A stretch of DNA of 64,000 nucleotides from contig OZ287070.1 of the NCBI GenBank assembly GCA_965645245.1, forward strand, positions 2,666,001 through 2,730,000. Direction: 5' to 3'. The notes beneath the pieces were generated by a model, which saw nothing but the letters and a program-made list of their open reading frames with translations, had not been told where the DNA came from and did not search any database. Positions 11,044 to 21,770 of the stretch are shown piece by piece. This DNA is from Massalongia carnosa (Eukaryota). Both the position numbers and the translations under genes were made by a program. Position 1 is the stretch's first letter, and the number at the start of each line of letters is the position of its first letter.

Positions 11044-13772
11044 ATGGTCGGTAACACGCTAGCAGTCTCTACAGGCGCGAAGGATTTTGGCACCATTTCT
11101 GGCAACCAAGGCGCTGTGGTCGGTGATGTCTCAGGCCATGCGAAAGTGATTGGTCTGGGTCCTGTTCACATCGATATTGATCTTCTGCTAAATCCTGCTT
11201 AGGCTCTCAGATAAACAATATTGTTCAATATCCAGGCAAGTCGGCATTCGCAATAATATAGCGTTCTGTGAGCCAAGGCTGATAGCATTCTGCGTTTGTA
11301 GAAAGATCCGATACCCCACCAAGCCCATCATCTACTGTTCCTTTCCGCCGCGACCCTGATTTCGTCGATCGCGGAAAGCTACTTGATCAGATCCACGAAA
11401 AGTGCTCCGCGCCAGCGTCAAGGGTAGCGCTTGTCGGCCTAGGCGGCGTTGGGTAAGCCAAAGGGCCTCAGGCTAGTTCTAATAGCTTACTTTCGCAAAG
11501 AAAGTCGCAGCTTGCCATCGAATACTGTTATCGAATCAGAGAGCAGTTGCCGGCGACGTGGGTTTTCTGGATACACGCTAGCAACGCAGCCCGTATCGAG
11601 CAAGGTTATAGAGAGATTGCAGAGCAAGTCAAGATTCCTGGTAGGGGGAACCCAAAGGCGGACATATTCCGGCTAGTTGACAAGTGGTTACGTGACGAGA
11701 AGAACGGAAAGTGGGCTCTGGTCCTCGACAATGCTGACGAAGCTACTGTGCTTTTCGAAACTTGTGTTACGGGCCAGAAGGCGCAGGCCAGCGGCTCTAG
11801 CGGCGGGTTCATGCAATCACTGTTAGCATATCTACCTCAGAGCCGAAACGCCTCGATTCTCATCACCTCCCGGACTAAAAGCGTGGCATTGCGGCTAGCA
11901 GAAGAAAGCGACATAATACCTGTTGAGCCGATGGACGATACACATGCGCGAGCGCTCCTTGAAAAGAAGCTGGGAGAATCGATCGATAGAGATGATACTT
12001 CTGAGCTAGCAGTAGCACTTGAATTTATGCCGCTTGCCATTGTTCAAGCGGCTGCATAAATTCGTCAAAGAGTACCAAGATATTCAGTACGGCAGTATGT
12101 AGATGAGTTCCATAAGAATGATAAAAGAAAAGCAAGTCTCTTGAATCACGAAGGGGGACATCTTCGAAGGGACTTGGAGGCTAAAAACTCAATTATTATA
12201 ACCTGGCAAATTTCATTTGATCATATTCATCAGATCAGGCCTTCGGCAGCTAATCTGCTGTCGCTTATGAGCTTTTTCGATCGACAGGGAATTCCTGAGG
12301 CTTTACTCAAGACACAAAATGAGGCAGGAAATGAACATACGGGAGAAAATGCTGGAGATGACGAACATGATGAACACGAAGACGATAGCGATGAAGATAC
12401 CGTATCCGATTCCAGCGTCGACGATTTTGAAGCCGACATACTTGTCTTAAGAAACTACTCGTTCATCAACATCAGCATGAATGAAACCACCTTTGAGCTG
12501 CACGGGCTAGTGCAGCTAGCCATCAGAAAGTGGCTAGAAGCATCCAATCAGCTCGAAAGATGGAAGAAGCAATTCATCAAGAATCTCAGTACAGTATTTC
12601 CGACGGTACATTACGAGAATTGGACAAAGTGTCAAGCGCTTTTTCCTCACGCAAAGTCGGCAGTAGCGCAGCAGCCAGCTGTCGAAAGCTCATTACAAGA
12701 TTGGGCCTTGATACTATATCACGCTGCGTGGTATGCGTGGGCGAAAGGGAGTTACGTTGAAGCAGCGAAAATGGCCTTAAAAGCAACAAGAACCAGGCAA
12801 AAAGTGCTGGGTCTAGAGGATAAAAAGACATTGGAGAGTATGGCTATGCTAGCCATGGCACACAGCGATGGAGGGCGACGAAAGGAGGCAGAAAAGCTGG
12901 AGGTGCAAGTGATGGGGACGAGAAAGAGGGTGCTAGGGACGGAGCATCCAGCCACGCTGACCAGGATGAGCAACCTTGCGTCGACGTATTGGAATCAAGG
13001 ACGATGGACGGAGGCCGAAGAGCTCGGGGTGCAAGTGATGGAGACGAGAAAGAGGGTGCTAGGGACGGAGCATCCAGCCACGCTGACCAGGATGAGCAAC
13101 CTTGCGTCGACGTATTGGAATCAAGGACGATGGACGGAGGCCGAAGCGCTCGGGGTGCAAGTGATGGAGACGAGAAAGAGGGTGCTAGGGACGGAGCATC
13201 CAAACACGCTGATCAGCATGGGCAACCTTGCGTCGACGTACAGGAATCAAGGACGATGGGCGGAGGCCGAAGAGCTGGGGGTGCAAGTGATGGAGACGAG
13301 AAAGAGGGTGCTAGGGACGGAGCATCCAGACACGCTGATCAGCATGGGCAACCTTGCGTCGACGTACAGGAATCAAGGACGATGGACGGAGGCCGAAGAG
13401 CTGGGGGTGCAAGTGATGGAGACGAGAAAGAGGGTGCTAGGGACGGAGCATCCAGACACGCTGATCAGCATGGGCAACCTTGCGTCGACGTACAAGAATC
13501 AAGGACGATGGACGGAGGCCAAAGAGCTGGGGGTGCAAGCGATGGAGACGAGAAAGAGGGTGCTAGGGACGGAGCATCCAGACACGCTGACTAGCATGAA
13601 CAACCTTGCATTCACGTGGAAGTCTCAAAGCCGCAATGATGAGGCTCTCTCACTGCTAAAGGAATGTTTTCAGCTACGAAAACACAAATTGGGTCCTCAA
13701 CATCCTGATACAGAGTCTTCGCTTAAGTATCTCAATGAGTGGCAGATGGAGAGTTTATCATTGGAATCTTAA
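11044..13772 (+). pseudogene. Fungal NLR: short N-terminal amyloid-like motif, NB-ARC, TPR; single nonsense codon
   Basis: Predicted introns 11153-11202, 11236-11301 (GC-AG) and 11453-11500 give a continuous frame: VPFRRDPDFVDR, P-loop GLGGVGKS, Walker B LVLDNAD, ILITSR, MPLAIVQAA, LHGLVQ, then TPRs. TAA at 12057-12059 stands where Tyr (AAAYI) is expected; the frame continues after it. Confidence 0.93.
12903..13610 (+). repeat. 126-bp near-identical TPR-coding tandem repeats (~5.6 units)
   Basis: Units start at 12903, 13029, 13155, 13281, 13407 and 13533 (42 aa: VQVMETRKRVLGTEHPxTLxxMxNLASTYxNQGRW). Confidence 0.97.
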
Positions 13773-13939
13773 AGCGATTCATATAAATCAGAACTAAATC
13801 CTATTCTTCTTAAAACTTAACTGTTTGGGCGTTTGGTGAACAAAGCAGCGTAAGAATACTACTTTTTATTTTGTCCAAAGCTGAAAGCTCAGAACATGAG
13901 TGACAGAACGATCGAGCTCGCTGACGCACGCGACTACCC

Positions 13940-14218
13940 CTAGGTTTTGAACTCGCCCGCGGTAGCAGAAAGGCCCAAGCGGTGTGCTCGAACTGTTCCA
14001 AATAGCAGGAAGTCGTCAAACCTTCTCCCGTGAGCATTCGTCTCCGCGCCCTTGTCCAGCAACATCTCCGCCACCTTTTCGTGGTCTAGTTCCGCTGCCC
14101 ATATTAACGCTGTCCACCCGTGCTGAGCTTGTGCCTCCAGCTCTACCAATTTAGCACCCATGATCATGCCCAGGATAACTTCGTGTCCACTGAACGCTGC
14201 AAGCCTGTTGTCATTCAT
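13940..14218 (-). pseudogene. Ankyrin-repeat gene fragment
   Basis: LAAFSGHEVI and GWTALIWAAELDHEKVAEMLLDKGAETNA are ankyrin-type repeats; flanking frames are broken. Confidence 0.75.
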
Positions 14219-14814
14219 GACCGGCTGGTCTTCATATCATGATGAAGCCGGCCATAGCGAGTGAAATCATAGTCGAAATTGATTATCTTCTACCCGGCAT
14301 AGTCCACGAGTCTTTGATACAACTGCATCTTTCAGCTCGAAAGCAGCATTTCGGAAACGAGCCGCCGAATGTTCTGATGTTGCTGTATCTCGAGCCACTT
14401 TTGACTAGTCAGACTAGACACATTGTGCATGATAGGCGGGAGTTATGCTGCTTCTCAACAATGCTTAGAGTTATGATTTTCTTGCACATGTTTTGGCAAC
14501 TTCGGTGAAAAGCATCGCTCGTGCTCCTGATTGAAACCAGTATTATGAATTCGTCCGTTGTAGCGGTTCAGAATCTACTACATTTTAAGGCTTGATAATA
14601 TGACTCTCGCTTGTGACAGGATTGGCGATGATTTATGTACTTTATCGCAAGTGATCAGAACGCCATGGGGCGGCAAGTATATATCATCAAAGAAATCGGA
14701 TTGCGTATCAGCACTCCAGTGTGGAATACGTCCAAGTTAATGGTTTATGCATATGACTGTGATCATGAAGCTTGCTGTACGGCAGACACGTTCACAAAGT
14801 AAGGTCTTGATTCA

Positions 14815-15379
14815 TACTACACCACCATATCTGCATAACGTTACCTAATGCTTACGGGTGCATCCTTATGTAACGTTGGGTAATGTTTTCTATCAATGTT
14901 TTACAACCATGAATGAGGTGATAACGTTACATAATGATGAGGAGCATAATTGGGTAACCATTACCCCATTTAACGTAAAATGATGAATTATGATGCATTA
15001 AAACTTAGTTTGGAGCTTGCGACTCAATATTACAGGCTCACTGGCGCCGCCGCCAAATCTGCATCCTGAATCAAAATCGAAGAAAAAACTTGTATTCAAT
15101 CTGTCTCTAGGATATCTAATGGTTAGGCTTTCTCGTATAGAAAATGATACCCAGATCACATTATCTTCATTTATAAAACCTGTACAGTCTATGTCTGCCC
15201 GGCCATTCCCCCCTTCCTTTCTTTGAGCTCAGTCCGACCGATCAAGAAAACCTTCCAGTGGATCAATTCCTAGCCTAGAACAACTCAACTCGCCTTATTC
15301 AGTAGAATTATCATTATCTTCATCCTCTGCCAGTGGTGTTGTACTATTCGAATCCAAAGCAGTATCTGTTTAGTTAAAT
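14815..15379. mobile_element. CACTA-like element left terminus (second related copy, truncated)
   Basis: TACTACACCACCATATC resembles CACTACACTACCAGATC; the same TAACGTTGGGTAAT and TTGGGTAACCATTACCC motifs follow; 15175-15379 matches 7461-7665. Confidence 0.6.
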
Positions 15380-15633
15380 AGGTAGGTAATAGTATGTGTG
15401 GGAAGGATTGATTGTTCTATCTAGGTGGCTATCTACTATGTTTATATACGAGTAGCTAGATAGATGAGAGATGAATAAGATAGAGAGCAGGCACAGCGGC
15501 AGGGCAGGTTTGCCTTGAATCTCCCTGCCGTACCACCTTATTACCTAGCCGTGTGCGGATCACCTGAGACGTTATTTCCAAGCTGTTATGTTGCCGTCTG
15601 GCATGGCACATAGGATGGCTGTCTCATCTAACA
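15371..15633. repeat. Probable LTR remnant
   Basis: Ends ATCTAACA, has a TATA-like core, and begins where homology to the 7461-7665 copy stops; no TSD found. Confidence 0.4.
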
Positions 15634-15823
15634 GACGATAGGCAATTCGTCGAATCCAGTAGTTCTTGAATGGCGATAAAGAAAACTGCTTCGAAAAACA
15701 GGCAAAACGATACATGGTTCTTGAAAACTTTGTGGCCGGATATCGAGGGGAGGGAGACGATTGGTCTAGTCTGTTGTCTTCATAAAGCCTGAGTCACCAA
15801 CTGTTTTCCATCATGGAAAGCGC

Positions 15824-17388
15824 TCATGGTAGATTCTCCACTGAATCCCCCTTCAAAACCCCTCCTAGAACCTCCTTGGCGAACCAAGGTTTGTACTCCT
15901 CGTCTACCCATTTCGCAAGTCTTCTTACCACTGTCACGACCTGGTAAATACCCAAGACCGAATTCGTCCGTCCCAGTTCCAAATCTTTCAAATCACTACT
16001 CTATGATCCGCCATTGCCTCTGCAATCATCAATATCCAATTATGACCCTGCACAACCAACAGTGGGAGCACAGGCAAAGACGCGGATCCTTTGGCAAGCT
16101 GCCTTAGCCGTACGAAATGTGCCGAGACCCATATTCCCAACTGCATATGTGCGTCATCTTCATCCACCGCTGCGTGCTTCGTCTCGATGCTTACGGCGAT
16201 AGGCAAGAATCTAATATATTCCGCCATTGTATGATTTATGCTCCCTTTGCCCTCGGCACGTAACCTGAATATAATCTGCTGATGCAATTCCCGGGAAGGG
16301 TCGATCACAAGCGCATAATCGATCATTTTGGTATTCGTAGCCGAACTAGAGGCGGTGGTGGGCAAAAGAGATAAATCATGGATCTTGGCAGTCGTGACGT
16401 CGCAGTACCAAACGCCCTTGACTTTCCACCAACCGCGGAGAGCTAGTCGGAGCAGCGTCGAGTGCACCTCGCTATTCCATTCAGACTCGGAAGACCTTTT
16501 GTTCTCACATTCCATCGCTGCGTCCAGAACCTCAAGCACACGTTCCCAGAAACTCTCATGACTCAACAACCATTGGCAACCGTATTCTGTTCAGGCTCCT
16601 CCGTTCCAGCGGAAAATTTGGTATCGTCCATAAAAAGATTATCTATGATTGTGTTTACTGTTGATTTTATAGCCCCCAGTACCACCGCCTTCCCATTAGA
16701 GATCATTCGTAAATCCCGATATAAGTCTTTCGCTCCAGCTAGTATGGGATAACCAGGCGTCCCAATCGCCTTCATTTCAATTTGGGTGTCAGTAAGCTGA
16801 AGGTCACCCATACGTTTTGTAGGACTACGCGAGCGCGGATTGGTATTACTGGTACTTTTAATCCTGTGGTGACATCACTTGTGGTCGATCTAGTGGGCGA
16901 ATCAGCAGCGAGTAGGTCGGCTGGAGCCGGGAGTGGCTGTAGTAGGTCGGAGGAACTAAAGGCAGCTTCTAGGCGTGGAACTGCGCCTAGGGATTGCGGC
17001 CTGGGACTTATGTCTTGATCTTGGTAAACGGATGAGGAGTCGCGGTGAATAGGGGAAGTTAAATATGACCGAGCTGGGGCAGATAAATGCGCTTTGCGCG
17101 GTGAGATAGTCTTTGGATTTGACAGCTTATCTACTGCTGGCTTCTCGCTGGCTTTCTAGGGAGGGGCTCGACGAGGTGAAAGTTTGTCACGATCCATTAT
17201 GTTCCCGCTAGTCTTGCGAGGGCGTAATGCGAGTTGCTAGGTTTCTTTGCACCGGACAATCGACAGTTTCTCGGAATGATAATCTTTAGGATGATCAGGA
17301 TGGCCCTTGAGCCAGTTGAAACACGGCTGATATCTACAATAGGTGCCTCAATATGGAGATTTGAACGTGAGGAAGGCATGATGTACAA
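15824..17388 (-). pseudogene. Fungal PD-(D/E)XK nuclease-like gene, frameshifted
   Basis: SESEWNSEVH, KMIDYAL, SINHT, PIAVSIETK, QLGIW, LPLLVVQGHNW, LGIYQ..RRLAKW; frame breaks near 15990 and 16565; 5' limit uncertain. Confidence 0.8.
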
Positions 17389-18329
17389 GTTGATAAAGAA
17401 CGACTATTATCATGCCAAGGTCAAAAAGTGAATAAAAGTACGGTGGACTATGACCAAGATTTGACGTCTCGGATTCCCTTGGACGAGCCTAGCCAAGCCT
17501 CCTCGACAGATTCATTCGTTTCATGTTTGTAACGTTGCCGTCGTTTGATATAATCAAAATATCATGTTGTTGAGTTTTCGTTATGAGTTTCAACGTTTAT
17601 TTCTGACGTATTACCTATCGCACAAACGTTAGTCAACTGCGATGCCAACCAAAGGGATTTAGCAAATTAGGCTAACGCACGTCTGAGGTTCTGAAGCAAA
17701 ACCAACATATCGAGTACATCAATTGGCTTTTATTGAGCTTGATTTATTGATCTAAGCTCTTGGTGATTGGAGAATGATTTACGTTTTAGATAGACACTTG
17801 GAATTGAGGTGATGATTGCTTGCCTTGAAAGGATTTCCTGTATCCGAGCTACATATCGCTTACTGCTTGGCCACTAAATTGGCTGACAGCTTTGCTATCC
17901 CTCTCGCAGAATGGAATCACCCGCCCAATTTGTATGCGGAAATATCTGATTCCTGGTGGGGTGGCGCCATTCTGCTAGCGAGAGAGATACTCTGTAAGCT
18001 TCTTTCATGTTAGGATGATTAAATGCTAAGGTTGAGGAGATTTTTTTGAGGATAGGATATTTACTTGTTCTGCCTTCAGTATGACGTCTGCTCACAATCA
18101 TACGGCTAATATATAAGGTCTATGTGGCAGGAGCGGGCGGTTGGAAAAGCTCAGTCTCTAGAAGTACAATTTTCAACGGTTGCCTGTACGAAGAAACCAC
18201 GGATGAGAAAGACACGAGAGAGGTATCAGCGGCGTCAGGAGTCTTAGGCCAAGAATACGTGTCATTTAAAAGGAGTACCAGCGATAACACTTCCCGTTAC
18301 TGGCCCCTCTGAAATCACTTTCCAAAGTC

Positions 18330-19740
18330 CCTAACTGAAGATCAGATTGAATTTATGGCCGGACAACCCCACCGTAGCATGTATTCTGATCGCATTGCTC
18401 TGTCAGCCGTCAATCTACTGGAAGGCTCGTACATTGCCACCAATAGTTTCTCCAATTTTTCCATTTCTTCCTTGGAGAAATCGTATTGCTCTGGAATTCG
18501 ACCGCGCCTCATGCCTCACAGACGCTCCTTCAAAGGCCTTATGACGTGGGACATTAGCCCCCTGAATTCTGGATATGGGACACACTCGAGCTTTCCGACG
18601 ATTCAGACATCGAAGTCCACCCCAATTCCACGAGCCGTCCTCCAAGAAGTAGTCCGCTCGCTTCTGCCACCGGTCCGACCATCGGATTAGCAGTTTACCT
18701 AGGGTGCTGACAATCTCTACTACAGTGTCATCTTCATTAGGAATGAAAGCTTCAAAGAGAGGACGTTCGCCGAGGATTTCGTAGAATGTACAAGCAAGAG
18801 TCCAAATGTCGGCCGAGGGGCCAATTTCTTCGTGAAAAAAATGTCTCGGGAGGACATAACAGTATTGGATTGTTGAGAAGTTTTGATGGGTTGGTGAGGA
18901 ATGCCTCGCAGAAGTCCGAAATTATAATCTTGTTGTCCTTAACTTGATCCGCTGGTACTACTATATCGGCGGGGAAGATGGAATAGGATGGCACCTCTGG
19001 ACTGAGTGGACCACCATCAAGTCGTCGATTCAGCTGCTGGACAGGCTCACCGATTTTTCTGTAGATCTCGTCCAAAATCCAGGAACCGAAATTCGGAATC
19101 TGAAAAAGGATATTGTTCAGATGTAGATCTGACCAAGGCAACTAATTAGTGCTGAGGAGGCAGAGAGCTTAGCTGCATACCTCCATGGGTGACACCGCAA
19201 GAGCGGATGTATGCAAGACCCATCGATGACTGGGCAGCAACAGCTCGCGCAATGTTGATTGGAAATATCCACTTCGTGCTGGCTTCCTTTGACTGAGCCA
19301 CGCTGCATCTGGTAGGTTCACTCACTAGGTAGAGATGTCTTCCGTTCGGCCCATGCGTGAAAATTTCATCGAAGAGTTTTAAAACGCTAATTCACCCTTG
19401 GTGTTGGGGGTCACCCTGGAAAAGATGCCGTAGGATCTTGCCTTCTAAGCCGAAGCGTGCGCGACGATGATCTTCAATGCGACGTAACAATCATCTCGCC
19501 GATCTCTAGCTAGCTATACTGAAGAATATATTAGCTAGCAATAAACACCTAATAGTTGTAAGCAAACGAAGATACGTGCCTGTCGAGTAACTACCGAAAC
19601 CTAACTGGTGAACTATTCTGTATCTGCCTTCCCACAACTCGTCACCGAGATGTGTTGGATGATAACCTCCATCCACATAGCCTTCTAAGTCTCATCATCA
19701 TCTAGCCAGTGGTATACATCACATCATGCGGCTTTTTCGT
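18330..19740 (-). pseudogene. SRPK-like Ser/Thr protein kinase pseudogene
   Basis: EGYVDGGYHPTHLGD..RYRIVHQLGFGSYST, YVALKII, DLHLNNILF, ISDFCEAF, CPPE, ADIWTLACT; several frameshifts; limits approximate. Confidence 0.85.
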
Positions 19741-20254
19741 GGAAGAGCTGTTCATCCGCATAGTAAGCAAATAAGACGAACAGCGATTTTTTGAGAAATA
19801 AGGCGTGGAGACTGTAGAGACACCCTCGAATCTGATGTGTTTAATTGAAGCCCTTTTCGACTGTCTCAGCATTGAGATGGTGCTGCAACTGTAACGTTCT
19901 AGATAGATCGGTTTTAAATCAGGTCACATCAAGTATATCGGCTGTTCCCACTGTCGCAAGACTGTGCCATGACGAAGCTATAGGCAGCACTTGAGAGGCT
20001 CGGCACATGCACAGAGTAACTACTGAGCCGCTATGTATTCCTCCTGAACGATCATTCAGACTCGTGTTGAAACTTGAGACGGTTGATTGTTCTATAGAGG
20101 GAGAAGAGCAGCTAATATACATTCAGCTGACTAAGCATAGAAACTTCCAGAACGAGGGCAGTGCAATTCAACAACTCGTCTCCGCGTGAATCGAATCTCC
20201 AGAAAAATAAAGCTTCGCTTTGTGCAACAGACCTAGGCCGTTCTTTATTACCTA

Positions 20255-21770
20255 GAGTCCCACGCGGGTGACAAAAAAATTTTTACTCACAAATTTTGAC
20301 CCCACCAAACCATCAAAGTTTGACCCCTATTTGCATCGTGGCACCACACTATTATTATTGCTACTCCTACTACTATCAATAACCCGTCATCGCACCGTCA
20401 CCATCTATCACCGCTTGCAGCCGTTTCGGCATCTCAGCCACCTTGCTATTGATGAAATTTTGCGAAACCGTGGCCCACCCCTCATGAATCAGTCCTACCG
20501 TGGTGGCCTCATCCCAATGAGGGAATTTGCGAATATACTGCTTGGGTGGCTGCCAGCAATTTTCAATAGGTGAGAGATCAGGAGACGAAGCACAGTTGAA
20601 ATAGCTTTTCAACCCATTTTCTTGTGACGAAGCGAGATAGTGAATAGATTTCTGCCATTACGCCACCTGTCCTTCCCGACCAAAAGGCACAATACTTAGT
20701 CCGCAGACCAAGCTCTATTCTACTATAACTGGACTCCTGCTATGTTCGCTGTAGGTCCTGCCGTCCGCTTACACGCTTGGTCGAACCGTTACATTTCTTC
20801 CTTCCATTTGCGTACGATATTGTTTTTACTAGTACCGTGCCCTGAATCACCATCTTCTTCCAGACAGAAATCATCACCTCTATCAAGCCACGGCTTGACG
20901 ACAGGCTTCAAAATTTGATCAATATAGACAATTTGACTCATCTTTCCATTAGTGTTGCCCGGAACGTCGTATAAACGAATGTCTGACTTGAAATTGTGGC
21001 CCACAGCAGCCCAAGCATGCTTTTTTTTCAAGTCTTTTTCAGTTGATTCGTTCGTTTCTTGAAAACAATCTTGACAGTATCGTTGACCCGGCTTGCGAAT
21101 GATGCGAATTTTCCCCTGAGGCCCATAGCTATAATGCACCTCATCCCTGAATCGTACAGAAAACCAGTCTTCATCATCAGGATATCTTTCTTTCATGACG
21201 ATAGCCCATTCAAAACGACGTTTAGCCGTCGATTCGCTGCCCCAGCCCTTTCTACATGCAATGCATTTATGATAATTCATCGTACCCATAACTCTCTGAA
21301 TTGTACGACCACTGCACTCCAGTCCCACCTCGTAGCCCAATTGAACCCACGTTAACCCGCGAGCCTCCATGCCTTCTGTCTCCAAAATACGCTCCATCTC
21401 TCGTATGTGTCTCAGGGTCACAATTGAATGACGTCCACGTGTTTCAGGAATGTCGGCATTGTGTCTAGTACGACTGGAATTTTCTCTTGTCAACATTTTC
21501 CAGCCAGTTTGTTTTGAAGTGCCGAAAACACGAAAAACATCTTCTTTGAAATAAGGAATCTTCATCGCATCGCAAAACTCCACTGCACCCTGAATTTTGG
21601 CCCGTATGGGGGTATGATGATGGGTCTGCGACTCCAAAACAGGTGTGGTAGCTCTATTCATGGCTAAATGATGGTGTATAAAATGTGGTGTTTGAAAAGG
21701 GGTCAGAATTTGATGGTTTGGTGGGGTCAAAATTTGTAAGTAAAATTTTTTTTGTCACCCGCGTGAGTCC
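20255..21770 (-). mobile_element. Tc1/mariner element with ~75-bp TIRs; transposase split by a solo LTR
   Basis: TA flanks at 20253-20254 and 21771-21772; TIR core CACGCGGGTGACAAAAAAA..GACCCCACCAAACCATCAAA; motifs [23 protein letters not shown]. Confidence 0.93.
20623..20793. repeat. Solo LTR (171 bp), TSD TTTCT
   Basis: TGTGACG...CGTTACA; removing it restores [15 protein letters not shown]; sister copy at 50039-50208. Confidence 0.93.

Noticed and set aside
12844..13594. Repetitive ORFs 12844-13203 (-) and 12989-13594 (+)
   Set aside because: Shadow frames of the 126-bp TPR repeats.
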